The position numbers were made by a program, and so were the translations under genes. Of a DNA stretch of 64,000 bases, positions 26,413 through 40,300 are shown piece by piece. Source of the DNA: Tubiluchus corallicola (Eukaryota; Animalia; Priapulida); assembly GCA_030141605.1 (NCBI GenBank), contig JAQGDQ010000234.1, forward strand, positions 124,001 to 188,000, read 5' to 3'. Within the stretch, counting starts at the first letter, position 1. Each line of letters begins with the position of its first letter. Below the pieces are notes generated by a model, which was not told the origin of the DNA, made no database searches, and was given only the letters and a program-made list of their open reading frames with translations.

Positions 26413-29400
26413 CTATACAGGCTGCATTTCTAAATCAAATGATTCTTCCTCTGTTGCTCCTTCGACTGGTCTCATCACGGCAGCATGAATTCCAATGAAG
26501 ACAAATGAAGCCCCTAGAGAGTAACAAAAGATTTGCAGTTGCACTCACACAAAGTCAATTAAGTTGGTTTACCGTGTGATATGTACCAGCCAGCTATGAC
26601 TAGTATGCTACCAGGTAAGTGAAGCCAACAATTTTGAATGCAGTGGGCATTCATATATTAAACTGTTTTGTCATTGACATGTGTAAATGTTTAACTCATT
26701 TATAGCTTTCTTGTTCTCCACATTTTTTTATTCAACATTTATTTAATATAAAACATGCTTTACAAATTACAAAAACCAAGACATTTACAATAACATAAAC
26801 AAATATTAGCATTAATTGTCAATGAATGAATGAATGCAATTGGTTGCAATCAGTAAATATGCATTGACTACACTCTGGCAATTTTGGTTGTTCAGTAAAT
26901 CTTTAGAATATATGTTTCAAAGGTAACCAACTAGCTTCAACTTTTTCTAGCATCCCAAGGTTGTCACCTGCATATTTCTTCATCTTATACATATATTTAA
27001 TACTATAATAGCTCACTGCATTATTAAAATTCAGTGTTTGTACTATTAAAATGGTCTTATTTAAATGTAAAAAATTTTTATATGGAAACTCCAAAAATTA
27101 CAATAGATTTATCGATTTCTAGTGCATTACTTGTACTTTGCACCCACTATTGTTTGCAATGTTCCCATATGAGTTTTGCTTTATTACAATTCCACAGAAT
27201 ACGTAATATGGTTTCTGTTTCCGAATTGCAAAAATGTCAGAATCAACTTTATTGATTTTGAATAGAAAATCTTTTGTGGGTAGTATTCTGTGCAGAACAC
27301 TAAACTGATAATTGCGTATTTTTGGAACTTTTGTACATCTGAAAGGAAGCAGATACGCGTTTTTCCAATTTATATTATAATTTATGAATTTTTCTTCCCA
27401 TTTCAGTTCAGAAATTGGCGGAAGACTTTTTTGAGTTAATAACTTTTTATACACTATCGATGTTTTAAAGTCACCTTGTGATACAAGTTTTTTACTTTCG
27501 CGATTGTCAGTTTCCACTCTGCACATTTTATCACCCGTATTTCGAATATCATTTCGCCAGCTATTTGGAATTGCACTGACAAGACTGTAATATTGAAGAA
27601 AATCAACTTCAATTGCAAATTGCTAATGAACTGATCACGTGACATTATAGTTCTTGTTCTTCACATACTAACACAGAAGCTGCTAATCCAATACATACTA
27701 ACTAGGCAGCATTTTTATCTAAATGACGCTAACGGGATTCAAACAACAAAAGTTTCTTTTTATTTTGTGATAATACTGTGTGCTAATTACCTATGATCCA
27801 GAATATTGCAGAACCAGCTCCTGCTATCCAGAACAAAGGGAATGAAGCTATGGCAACAGCTATATATTGTTGAGCAACTGTAATCTCATAACCTGTAAAT
27901 AAGACCATTTAGTAAACCCTTGTTACAACAGATTGCGTTACAATGGATTATTTCTATGTAGCCAAATATATCGTTTGTTTGGATTAGACTGATTAAGTGT
28001 GCTATATGCTGGCACATGTCCTGACTAGAATTTAGTAAACCCTTGTTACAACAGATTGCGTTACAATGGATTATTTCTGATGTAGCCAAATATAGGGTTT
28101 GTTTGGATTGGACTGATTAAGTCTGCTATGCACATGTCCTGGCTAGAATTTCAGACCAGAAAGCAATAAAGCCATAAAACAGTGCAGATTATATGAGGTG
28201 ATTAGTCTTTCAATCCCTATATTTCCTTCATTCTATTGACAGTACCAATGCATGCATACATTGTGTCTTATTCGTTGCTTTCCAGGCCATTATAATTAAC
28301 TTGCTATTGCAGACTATCATACTGGACTTTTTCACCTCACTCTCTTTTTAAAATGAGGGTTTACTACAGTCAAACCTCTTTTTACCGCCTGCTTTGGAAG
28401 TGCTAAAAATTGGCATAGCGAGCTTTGGCATTATAATAAGGTACATTAATACAAACGTGTATGCAAATATAGACATTTTGTTTTGCTAAAAATTTGGGCA
28501 TTCTGTGACGTTGGTATTACAAAGCGGGGCGTTAAAACGAGATTTGACAGTATTATCAGTTAACAGAAAAATGTGCATCCTGGCCTAACTTAAATTAGTT
28601 ACACAACACTATGAAGCTGCATGGATGACAAAGAAAATAAAAAAATCAGAAAATGAGCTGTATATATAATTACATATTTTTCCTATACACCATTCGAGAT
28701 AATACATACCCATTAAGTGAATTCTTCTATCTTTATTCTTTATATGTATGATGTAACAAGCCCCAACACAAGCGGCAAGTGCAATCAGTAATAGTGGAGA
28801 CGTAAGTCTGAAATAAAGCAGGTGTTTCACAATAACGTACAATTAATACAATTAATCAATGAGAGAAGCATGGTTTCGGTGCATAAGAGATGCATGAGTG
28901 AAAACCCACCAATTTGATCCAGTTAACAGCGTGGATGTACAGGACACTTGCAGTGTGCAGCATTTGGTAAGTCCACATGCCTAATGTAGTTTTATAGGTA
29001 TTCCTGAGTTGTAAGACGAGGTTGTACAAATTCTAAATGTCTTCGATTAAGCAGTATATAACAGAGCCGTGATAGGTTAGTAGTTAGTAGGTTAGTCTCT
29101 TGTTCAGACAACTGTCAGATTTATATGTTCATGCTTTAAGTCAATATACATCTACAAAGTTTTCAAATTCTTAATATAGCAAGAATGACACCAATTTGTT
29201 AAATATCCCATAACTATGATAACAAAATCATTGCTTGGGATACTGTGAGATGTTTCACAAAAATTCAGCTTTAAAAAGCTTTTAGTGAAATATACTTACA
29301 TACAATACAGCATTAGGACTAGGAATACGCAGAGGTAATTGCTTTGAAAAAATTCAACATTTTTCAGAGTACGCTTCCCGAGGTCGGACAAGCTGCTGGG

Positions 29401-29697
29401 GAATTTGATTCTGTTTGTGTTGACAAACTGCCTCCAAGAACGCAGACCCTCTCGACGATGGTGAAGCCACTCCTTAGGTGTCATGTTTGACAAAAATTTC
29501 GTCTTACTAAAGGATAAAAATGTACACAGTGCAACTGTATATAGTATTCATTAATAAAAAGATACAAGACAATCAATAAGAAGTAAAATCAAACATTTTT
29601 CAAATGGAGTTACCTACTGGGTCTTTATTTACCTTACAGACCTTGCTTCATTATTTGATGAATGAATGTTTCCACCGAGGAAAATTTCTTCTTCCAT
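26413..29697 (-). CDS. RABAC1: Prenylated Rab acceptor 1 (PRA1 family), ~190 aa, 5 coding exons
   Basis: Exons 29697-29633, 29506-29300, 28807-28710, 27892-27791, 26513-26413 join in frame. Motifs: LRSWRQF, KNVEFFQSNYLCVF, ILTSPLLLIAL, FPLFWIAGAGSAIFWIIGASFVFIGIHAA, and C-terminal EEESFDLEMQPV* (human ends ...QMEPV). Confidence 0.92.
26730..27650 (-). mobile_element. Decayed L1/Tx1-like non-LTR retrotransposon 3' fragment (zf-RVT-like region) in a RABAC1 intron
   Basis: The ORF at 27119-27526 encodes KWEEKF..INWKNAYLLPFRCTKVPKIRNYQFSVLHRILPTKDFLFKI, the typical C-terminal region of L1/Tx1 ORF2; frameshifts follow. Confidence 0.75.
27907..28151. repeat. Tandem duplication of ~123 bp in a RABAC1 intron
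   Basis: ATTTAGTAAACCCTTGTTACAACAGATTGCGTTACAATGGATTATTTCT...CACATGTCCTG(a/g)CTAGAATTT occurs twice. Confidence 0.9.
28367..28550. mobile_element. Short TA-flanked MITE (pogo/Tigger-like)
   Basis: Imperfect TIRs TA|CAGTCAAACCTC...GAGATTTGACAG|TA; a related copy starts at 9124. Confidence 0.75.
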
Positions 29698-30417
29698 TTT
29701 ACAGTTTGTACCAATCTAGTGTTTTACATGCAGTACGACCTTTTAGGCAATTCTACTTCTCTAGTACTAAATGCAGGTCGATGCTGCCCAACTAAATAAC
29801 CTAAACAAAGTAAAACAATAAATTGTAAAAAATGTCTGAACAACAAAAGATCACATAAACATACGGAAATTAATATTATTTATAAAATTATAAGATCTTA
29901 CAGCTCTACGAAATTTCTTTTGCTATAAATTGGTTTATTTAAACCACTTGGCACTCTGCAGAAACATCACTTTTTGAATAACATTGCTTCCTAAACTACA
30001 CGACAGACTTGAGGAACTACTTGGGAAGTTTACTATTCTGGCAGGAATTATTTGCCTCCAGCTAGGCTTTTATATAACCACGCTATTAAACACAAGTGTC
30101 TTCATTGGTGTTGCTTAATGTTTGGAAGCCGATTTTCAGGCAGCTAGAGCATATACTAATGGGAATATGCAAGACCTGATTACCACCAGCGATGCAAAGC
30201 ATTCTGGATTGATCATCATCAATAATCTCGTTTATGATTTGTAGATATCCATGGTATCTGGTGTGAAACTTCACCAAACATATGTTTCACAAGGAAAATT
30301 GCCACAACTTAAACTCTCTAAACAAAGTTGAAGTAAAATTTGGGGGTGTCTAGACACATTGATTAATGTAGCACACAGCAATTTAATGTAATAACTTTTT
30401 CAAATTACTAACGAACT

Positions 30418-31449
30418 GCAACATTAATATTTAAATGTACAAAAATAAATTGTTAAATTTAACAAAATGACCATTAAAAAGTTATTATTAGTTTTACCTA
30501 GCGCGTCGTATAGAATCGTACGAACCTCCAATACTAAAATTTACACGTTACTGAATCAATCAATCAGAATTAGTCCTGTACTTCCGCAAAACTTTCGCCA
30601 TCTAGTGGCTGTTAGATGACATATTTCGCAATTGTTAACCGGATATGTTCATATTACCATGTACTACCCCAGGAATCTGGCAAATGGTTATCACACTGAT
30701 GAACTAGTGTTTGAGGAAGAGGTATGAAATGGATCACCTGCCTATATATGTACATAACACACACACGCATATATATATATGTCATTTCACATATGTATCT
30801 CATATGAAATGAGGTACCTTAAGAAGACAGGATGATTTTTCATGTACTACCCCATTTTCAAATCCGACAAAAAGTGTACACCTTAACGCAATTAATACTA
30901 CAAAAGCGTTTCTGATATTATTATAAATTGAAAACTTAATTAGTGGCGGGCAAGCCCAACTATAGATAGCACCACAAACTAACATAATTTTCAACAGCAA
31001 AAGTATTCCACGAGCATATTGCACATGTTTGCAAATGCGAAAGTTGAAGTACAGTGCTACTGTGAGATATTCAATGTGTTGTACTAAAACTAGACAACAC
31101 CAGGGTACAGTCTAAGTAATAACATCACACTTTAGTCAACTGGAGAACATAATGCATTTATAGAGTACATGTGCAACATCAATATTTTAAATGTACAATA
31201 AATAAATTGTTAAATTTAACAAAATGACCATTAAAAGGTTGTTATTAATTTACCTAGCAAGCTATAGAATCGTATAGATACGTGCACGAATAGCCCAATG
31301 CTGTGAAATTTATATGCTACTGCATCAATCAATCAGAATCAGTCCTTTACTTCCGCAAAACTTTCTGTTAGGTGACATTTTTCGCAAAACTGTTAACATT
31401 AAATATTTATATTATCAAGTAATACCCCAGGAAGCTTGTAAATGGCTAT
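30418..31449. repeat. Diverged direct duplication (~270 bp) at 30418-30691 and 31172-31449 between divergent RABAC1 and LDH
   Basis: Both copies share TTAAATGTACAA.AATAAATTGTTAAATTTAACAAAATGACCATTAAAA, ATCAATCAATCAGAAT.AGTCCT.TACTTCCGCAAAACTTTC and ACCCCAGGAA. Confidence 0.88.
30596..30609. promoter_or_regulatory. CTCF-like motif next to an ETS-like core
   Basis: CGCCATCTAGTGGC (reverse GCCACTAGATGGCG) fits the bilaterian CTCF core consensus; ACTTCCG lies at ~30580. Confidence 0.5.
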
Positions 31450-31516
31450 ATGTTTTTAACATATGCACCTCATGTAAACTGCATGTAACTGCGAAGAACT
31501 AGTGGCGCAAACGTGA

Positions 31517-31662
<146 letters not shown>

Positions 31663-33109
31663 TAATAGTTCTTTCATGTAAGTCATTTTTGAAAAAATAG
31701 TGTGTTTTCTTTCAAAACTTTAAAAACTAGACTGTTTTGACCCACCGCTTTAGATAGGCTTCAGTTTTCCTTTAACAGAATGTCGGACTTGCCTATAGGC
31801 TGGTCAATTTTAACCTAAAAAGATTAGCTCTAGAATCCAAATTCAATATTGCTCATCCAGAGCATTTGAGTAGCACTAACATTATTTTATTTTATCGAAT
31901 GTACATTACAATAATTTATAATGATTTAATTAACTATTTAAATTATATTGATATTTTAAATTATTATAATTATTATTACTATTATTATTAAATAATCGAG
32001 GAGAATGGACGCGTGAAATTCGACACAGTTTCCATTGGGCCAGCTAAAGCATAATTATACTACATTGGTACTAGGCAAAAGTGCTAGTAATATACCATAA
32101 GTATTGGCGTATTATGCTTCTTTTTGATGACATAGCAGGGATATGAAATAATAAACAAATAAACGAGATGAAACGAGTCTGTGAATATTATGAAAAAGAG
32201 AAAAGAACCTTAGAAACTAATGCTGTTCTGTAATTTTAGTAAATTCAAAGGAGTCTAGAGATGCTCGAAGAGTAATGAAAAAGAATTGTTTGTTGAAAGG
32301 CTAGGAAAAACATAGAATTAGTGTGGCACACACGATCTAAATCTATGGGAAAAAGTATAATTCGGAAGTACAAAGTCAATGTCATTTACCTCACGTTAAA
32401 ACGCCAGCATGAAAAAAGAAAATATAAGGAAAACTATAATAAAAAATGTCGCAGATGAAGTCAAACACAATGTTGAGGTTTTACATCATAAACAAAACAA
32501 AACAACACCTTACAATAACACAATAACTGAAAAAAGATGAGCTAAAAACGTGGTACAAAAACTAGAAATTAAATTAAATTATGCTAAATAACAAAAGTTA
32601 ATTTAAGGAACACCTTAGGTGTCCTACGTGAAAAAAAAGGATATGATCATATGATCGAACGTTTGCTGGAATATGAGGTAATAAAAGGAAGTTTATCAAA
32701 CCAAGAGACAAGTTACCAATAAATGGTTAAATAAGAGAATCCGCAACTGGAAAGAGTTCACATGGCAATCACAACGAGAAAAAGAATAGATCTAGGGATA
32801 ACATTACAAAAAGAAGAATAAATTAAGGGAATATCAGTGTGCTAGTATGTCGTTAAAGACTTTTAGACTTGGAGGATAGCGCTGGTTAAAAAGTTGCTTG
32901 TGGTCCACTCATTAGTACCTGTCTGGATCAGGTAGTTTTCGTGGACTCCTTGGAAACAATGTAACAACCGCCGGTCCGTCAGACCATGGATTTGGAATTA
33001 TCCACAATAGTAATTCTATATCTATGGTCAGAGAGCGCTACGGCTTGGCTGGACTGAGAACCGCACTATCCGGTATAATTTCTGGGGTAGTGCGCTAAAC
33101 GGCGCCCAA

Positions 33110-34097
33110 GGATAAAGCAAAAACATCATGATTGTTGGGAGCCGTTTGGACCACTGCGCCAAGTAGACCAATTGGTCTACTTGGGCTAGCCCAAGTAGAC
33201 CGCGGTCTACATGGGAGCCCAAGTAGGACACTAGAGACAGGTCGTGAATTCAGTCGTTAAGTGTACTGACACCGTCCGTTGTGCTTGTTTATGTAATAAT
33301 AATAATTAAAAACGTTAATACACGTTGAATAATTTATTATACATCTAATAAAATAAAAGAATTTTATTCTGAGCTGGTAGAACGGACAATATTAAATTTG
33401 GTTTCGATATTAATGTTGTTGAAGTAAAAAAACCCCACTTTTTTGCGAATTCAACATTTGTTTAAGGTATATCATTTTTGATTTTGTCTCACTTTACAAA
33501 CAGGTGATCCGTTTCACTACCTCTTGGGCAAATAATTGTTTTCTTATAAGAAAACGTTCTAGCGATCTATGTGTCCTACATGGGCTAGCGAGCCATGTAG
33601 GACAGTGGCCTACATGTTACAATACTACTGATAATATTAAAACTAATTATCCTTGCTTTTCTTAAATGTTAAAAATTACTTTTTGGTGTTGTGAAGGCTT
33701 AGCAGCATCTGTCTCATTTTTAAATTTGCAATTATTTCTGTAATAACTGTGTGCAGAATTTCTCTTTTTAAAGCATTAGATACTAGGTTTAATGTTATGA
33801 TATATTAATGGAGTTCATCATAATGATGAAATTATTGTAAGAAATGCATTGGTAAATTGCCAAGGAATATCCATTTCTAAAAGAAATTTTGTTTTATGCT
33901 TTATTATGTCATAACAATACTTATAAACAATGGTAATATAAACTGGAAACAAGTTTTGCCAGAGCAAGTTTCTCGACAAAAATCGCTAGTGTCCTACTTG
34001 GGCTGCCCATGTAGGACACTACTTTTAGCGCATCAAGTGGTCTACTTGGCGCAGTGGTCCAAACGGCTCCCAACAATGATTTCGTTTTAGATTTACC
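33110..34097. mobile_element. Unclassified foldback-like element with ~110-bp inverted arms built of small palindromes
   Basis: ATTGTTGGGAGCCGTTTGGACCACTGCGCCAAGTAGACCA...CCCAAGTAGGACACTAG (33131-33233) is the reverse complement of 33986-34076; a third palindromic module lies at 33571-33615. Confidence 0.65.
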
Positions 34098-34729
34098 GCA
34101 GGACGCATTTGACAAATAACTGATATAAAAATTCATGAAAAAAGCCGCGATAATTTGATTGAACACAGGGTGAGAGAAAAGGGTTTACAATTATGGAAGA
34201 ATAGATTGTCAGAATGTTGTCCTGGCTGCTTTTACTTTTAGGTATAATTATAAAGGGAATAAAACAAAGTCCTCTTACGAAACATGAATGAATGACATGT
34301 ATGATTCAGAACTGTTGGTTATAGCAAAGGCTGGTGCACTGGAGTCAATTGAAAATCCCTTGTATAAAGTGAAGATAAATGAGAATGATAAGACATTTAA
34401 TTGTATTTGGTTTTGTTAATTTGCAACATTTAAAATTGACTACACAATTTTCTCCCCCTTTGTTTATGTAAAGTCACTAACAGGAAACACCAAAACTGCA
34501 CAGGTTTAGGCAAAATAAACTATTTTATTCAAAATAGTAAGGAAGTTTCATAGCAACAGACTCATCAGCTAAAGGTGGTAATGTTACCGCTGGCTTACAA
34601 CAGGAAAGCCCAGATTGGGCGGAGGCTAACAGTTAAGTAGTAATGTCTACGTCACAAGTAGGGTGTAACCAATGTGACAGAAAGGAGTGTTGGCACAATT
34701 GAAGCCATAGTGCTCTTACATTTATTTGT

Positions 34730-35240
34730 AACATTTTTTCATTTGTTGCATTTCTGATTGAACTGAATTATTTACTTGCTTTTTTGTTGTTATTTTGTTT
34801 ATTCACTAGATATATGATTTGCTTCCTTTTTGTTCATTTGCTACATTCAAATTTAATTTCAATTTTTGCTTGTTTTTTCTTTATTATAGCTATATTCATA
34901 AGCTAACTGCATTATTTGCTTTCTTTGTGTTTATTTTCTATATTATGATTTAACTGCATTACTGTTTGCTTTTGTTCATTTACTACATTTAAAATTTACT
35001 GCATAATTTTCTTACCTTCTGTTCATTTGTTACATTTATGATTTAACTACATTTTGTTCATTTGCTGCATTTGTGATTTAACTCCATTATTTGCTTGCTT
35101 TTTTGTTGTTGCATTCATGACTTAACTGCATTTTGTTCATTAGCTGCATTGTTTGCTTGCTTTTTTCGTTGTTACAATCGTGATTTAACTGCATTTTGTT
35201 CGTTTGTTATATTTAAGATCTAATTACATATTTGCTGTTT
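34730..35240. repeat. Degenerate AT-rich tandem repeat
   Basis: Recurrent TTGTTCATTTG(c/t)TACATT and TGATTTAACTGCATT motifs at irregular ~35-55 bp spacing. Confidence 0.75.
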
Positions 35241-36569
35241 AACCGTAGATTCTGCTTTAAGCTATTCTTAAATTATATAGGGGTGGCTGACTTGATGACC
35301 TCCTGTTCTTTCACCACCTCATCTCTGCACAGTTTTACAGAATTTGTTGTAATTGTCTTATGGACATAGTATTGGAGATGAATAAACTTTTGAATTTAAT
35401 TGAATTGAAGAGTAAATGTGGTTCAGAGATAGAAAAAAGAAAGGAAAATGAAAGAAGAATGGTTTCGTGGGAAGGAGTTTCTGATGATCCGAATAAATTG
35501 GATTTCATTTCAGAATATTGATATGGTTAAAAAATTACTATGTGATATAGCTTAATGAAAAAAAACATGTCAAAGCTTGTGTGCATTAAGAAAACGTTTT
35601 TCTTTTTCAACCAAGTAGCAATTTTATACTAACAGCTCACCTTGATACAAAAAGGTTTAAGGCTCGGAACTGAATTTCTATTTAAAATCTTAAAGATTGA
35701 ACATTTACAAATTGCAATATAAAGACGGGTGTAATACAATATACTAACGATTATAGTAACATCAGAGTATGGAGCTTTCATAAAAAATATTTACTTTTTA
35801 AAGCATTACTGTATTGAACCCTGAACCTGTGCCCTCAACCTGTCCTTAAAGAGATTTAAAGTTGGTGCGCTAATGACACTAAATTATTACAACTGTTACA
35901 AGCAATTTTTCAACTGTTTTTTGACCATTAAGGACAAAATTTAGGTCTGAATTCAAATCAGAAAGCTTTTTAACCAGAAAATTAACTAATTTTCATCAGC
36001 TAACCTTTATACATTACCCCGTATAATTCTTTGCCTATTCAAACTGGTTTACCACGAGGAATCACTGACCAAACAAAATACAGCAAGGTGCACTAGCTCC
36101 AATTTACATGTTGACATACTTCTGCCAAAGACAATCAGGTCAACTGATTACAGCTAAATTTTGTTGCACTATAATCCACCTTTGTTGCACGTGACTTTTT
36201 AAGCCTAGAACAAAATGAGTTACAACGTTTGAAAATGAGTTCATTCATCAGTTTTGTTCTCAAGAAACGTATTTCGTTTTTCCTAAAAAGTTGCAAGAAA
36301 AATGAATTGCAATATGTTGTCATGAAGCTCAGTACATTAAACTACTTGTGTACATTGTTATCGTCTACAGTTCAATTTTGGTGGCTGAAACAGTTGAATG
36401 TAAGGATGCATTATAAAAAATGAATATAGTTAAGAACATTGGTTAATTCTGATGAGAATAGAGGTGCATGTAAAGTAATGTGTTTCACAAACAACTATTA
36501 AAAGTGGCTGGTATGCGAGAGAAGGGAGAGAGAAGCCGACGTGAAACTGCTTGGCATGGTCGTAGTCAA

Positions 36570-37110
36570 TATCGCTCAATATGATAGTGTAGGCACATTT
36601 CTAATGTATGAGACTGTTGAACTGTAATGCCTCTTTCCCAAATCTGTACAGCATATTCAGTAACAGATCTTGCTAAAGGTATACACTCACACACACAAGT
36701 GTATGCCCACATGCGCACACACACACACACACATATGTATATGTAATATATATATGTTAGGTTATTTGTGCTGAAACCAGCTTTTTTAAGTTGGTTAAGA
36801 AAATGCAATAATTTAGCCGCTTATAGATTCATTGTGTGCATTATTCCACTTTAGATCATTTTCCTAAATGGTTATGCTTTACAATTTACAGCTGCTGATA
36901 CGTTCACTGTTTGAATTATTCTTTATAATGGGGAACAATAGCTGTATTACTTTTTGTGAAATTGATTAACATTTCTTTAGTTTTCAAACAATTAACGTAA
37001 AGATGATTTTGATTAGACCACTGGAGGACTTGAAAAGCTGCATTCTTGCAAGTTGAGCTATTATCAGTATAACTGCAAATTTCTGTCAAAGTAGTATCAT
37101 CTACACATTT
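36570..37110 (-). mobile_element. Decayed LINE reverse-transcriptase C-terminal fragment (L2/CR1 group), interrupted by a CA microsatellite
   Basis: Fragments KCVDDTTLTE, QWSNQNHLYVNCLKTKEMLINF, HFLNQLKKAG and RSVTEYAVQIW. Confidence 0.75.
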
Positions 37111-37354
37111 AACATTTTTAATCAAAGTGTCAAAATAATTCATCCCATGAGGGTACCTTGAATAAACCTCCATTAAATGAATATATTTTATTAAGATGCT
37201 TTTCAAATCTTTTGCATTTCAGGGACATCTTAGTATAATTTCATTGCTGATATTATAGGCAAAAGGTGCAATTTTTGTTTAAATTTAATTTTAATTGTAG
37301 TCTTCTTAACCTAGCTATTTAATGAAATGTCACTTGCTTGTTATTTGAACTAGC

Positions 37355-40300
37355 ATGGCCGAAGCTGTCGATGATACACTTCCTGTAAAAAAGAAGCTAA
37401 TGAAATGTGTAGCACCAAGATTAGAATTTCCTCATGCTAAAATCAGTGTTGTTGGAGTTGGTCAAGTTGGCATGGCATGTGCTTTCAGCATTGTTGTGCA
37501 GGTAACACACATTCAGTGTGGTAACAGTTTTTTTTCTTCCTGTTGAATCTTTAATCGATAACTTAAACGTTCTACACATGTTAATGTCTGAAGCTTAAAA
37601 TTTACTATTTTACTGTGCACTATGGCATGTAAATTTGTTTAATTACCTGTTCATATCATCTAGCTTATATGTGCTTTACTTAGTTTTGTTCACTGGAGAC
37701 TGCCATATTAGTGAAATGTTAATGATGTTGCAATGAAGTCTTGAGTAAAATAGATTAATTGTTATGAAAGTTAAGAAATACTTGGCCTGCCTAGTAAGTA
37801 GATAGTTGATTGGAAGGATAAGTGCTTAAGTTATTATGGATAGCTTCACCTGCCATGCTGCTTCCGACTTTTTATTTTGTTTTGGATCTTGTACGTGTTC
37901 AAACGTAATTAAGTCTAAAACATCTCTGTTGTTCAGAGCCTCTTTAGTAGACTGTCCATGATATTGGTTAGGTTATGGTTCGGCCACAAACATATAGCTT
38001 TGATAGTAGGCTGTACCATCGCTTTTCAGTTGCATTAAGTTGAAATTTATGTAAAAAGTAAGTATTTTTTCTGTTTGTGGGTTAAACTTAGTGTAATCAG
38101 CATAATGTAATCATTATAGTGTAATTATATATATTATGCAGCAAACTTTATTATGACTATTGCTATGTGAAACTGTAAAGATATGATTTTCTGCAGCATG
38201 TTGCAAGTGAAATTGCCCTTGTTGATGTGAATGCAGAGAAACTTAGAGGAGAAATGATGGATTTACAACATGGTTTGGCTTTTGTAAAGAAAATCAAGAT
38301 TAGAGCAGACACAGGTTAGCATTGCAATAAACACTTGTTCTGTTATATAATTTCATTTAGTTATTAGTCAGTCTATAGTATATGTATAATCTGTTTTTGG
38401 TTACTAGATTTTTTTAGATCTGTTCTTGAAAGGAAAATGAAAATTTAGATAAAACAGCTGGTTGCAGCCCACCTTAAAATCTTTGAAGCCATATCTTCTA
38501 TACATACAACAACTAAAATAATAATCTGATATACTTGTTTTGGTTTCTTTCTTCTTTCATAGATTATGCAGTGACTGCAGGGTCAAAAATATGCATTGTG
38601 ACGGCTGGTGCTAGACAACGTCAAGGGGAAACACGTCTTGACTTACTGCAGAAGAATGTGGCGATATTTAAGTGTAAGTTGTAAGGCTTCAGAAGTTCAT
38701 TAAAGCACAAGAAAATGCCCTTCATAAGTAAAGGTTAAAAAATTTGTCTTGAAATGTTGTATCACTTACTGTCTTACTGCATACAGAGCTTGCACTAACA
38801 GTAAAACCGTATACAACTTATAAATTTAAACTTCCACGATGACCATTAGGTGCACCCATTTTGGCGGTAAGTAGTTTGAAACAAGTTTAGATAACGTTGC
38901 ACAAAATTTGAAAAAATAATTGCAGCATTCATAGCACACTCTTCACTCACTAAGCAAAAGTATCAATTACTTTATCCTGTCTATAAGCTCAATAAAGTGC
39001 TTTTTTGGTGAGAAAGTGATGCACGCTGAGATGGCAATGCAGTGCGGTTTTACCAGATCGTGCAAATATTTTAAATTATTAAGAATTTTCTTTCCCAATT
39101 ACATAATTCGAATTTGAAATAGCTAAGCATAGTGCTAAGTGATATAACCTTGTATGGAAAGTTTTTTGATACATAATTTAAAATTCCTTTTTTCCGTATT
39201 TTTGCTACTACTTATCTCCAGCGCTAAACACCATTGGTTATAGCGTTTCAATAAATGTTTGTGTACATTCTAACTGCAGTTGATATGTTTAGGTAAATAC
39301 AAGTACCTTCTTGATGTTCATGTAGTATGAAATTTGCCAAGATTGCTTAATTGTAGTGTTACTCCATGCAAGTTGTTCAGGATTATTAGTTTTTTATCTT
39401 TAGAACTCTGTAACCAAAATCATTCCTTTTTGTAAATGTGCAATGGAGCATTTCTGATTAACAAATAATGGCGATTAACTCGCACTACATGTTTAAAAAA
39501 AGATGTTGCTTATCGCCCAAACATGCAGTTATTTTTCCTCATTATGTTATTTAACTATATGTTATTTAGTTGAAAATTTTATTTTTTTGTTTGTATCTTC
39601 ATTTAAACCTCTAAGATATCTTTTGCTTAAATGTTCTAGCGATTATCCCAGAGTTGGTTAAACATAGTCCAGATACTCTGCTATTGATTGTGTCCAATCC
39701 AGTTGACATTCTTACTTATGTTGCATGGAAGTTTAGCGGCTTGCCAAAGACTAAAGTGATCGGCAGTGGAACAAACTTGGATTCTGCAAGATTTCGCTTT
39801 GAAATAGGTGATCGTCTGGGAATTGCTCCATCAAGTTGTCATGCCTGGATCATTGGAGAGCACGGTGATTCAAGTGGTAAGTTGTGCAATTTTGACTTTT
39901 TTCAAATTATCTTATGTAAAAATTTCAGAAGTACTAAGTGTTCTGTACTGTCACTCCTAATTAATTAGCATATTGCCTAGCCTAGCCAGCAATTATAAGC
40001 TCGAAGAGTTCCTTTAACATTAATTGTGTCTTGAAAGTCTCAATAAATGCATATGCAGAATGTAAGGCAATTCCCTAGGTTTTTACTAGGCTTTATGCAT
40101 ATTTGTTTTTCTGTATGCATACAACAAGACAAATGATGGATTGAGTGGTCGCTGTAATACTTCTGCTCTGAAGATTTGGACACTGAAACTTCTGCTTGCT
40201 TGAATTATGGATGACGCAAATATAAATGAGATTCTGTAAATCTCCTGTGTACCTGTATGGAACACCATTGTCAACTGAGTATGTATTAAACGCTATACTT

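Noticed and set aside
30086-30332. Coding-like stretch upstream of RABAC1
   Set aside because: It has an in-frame stop, no recognisable homology and no convincing splice partners.
34545-34568. Minus-strand CTGATGAG...GAAAC resembling a hammerhead ribozyme core
   Set aside because: Stem II does not pair, and stems I and III could not be found.
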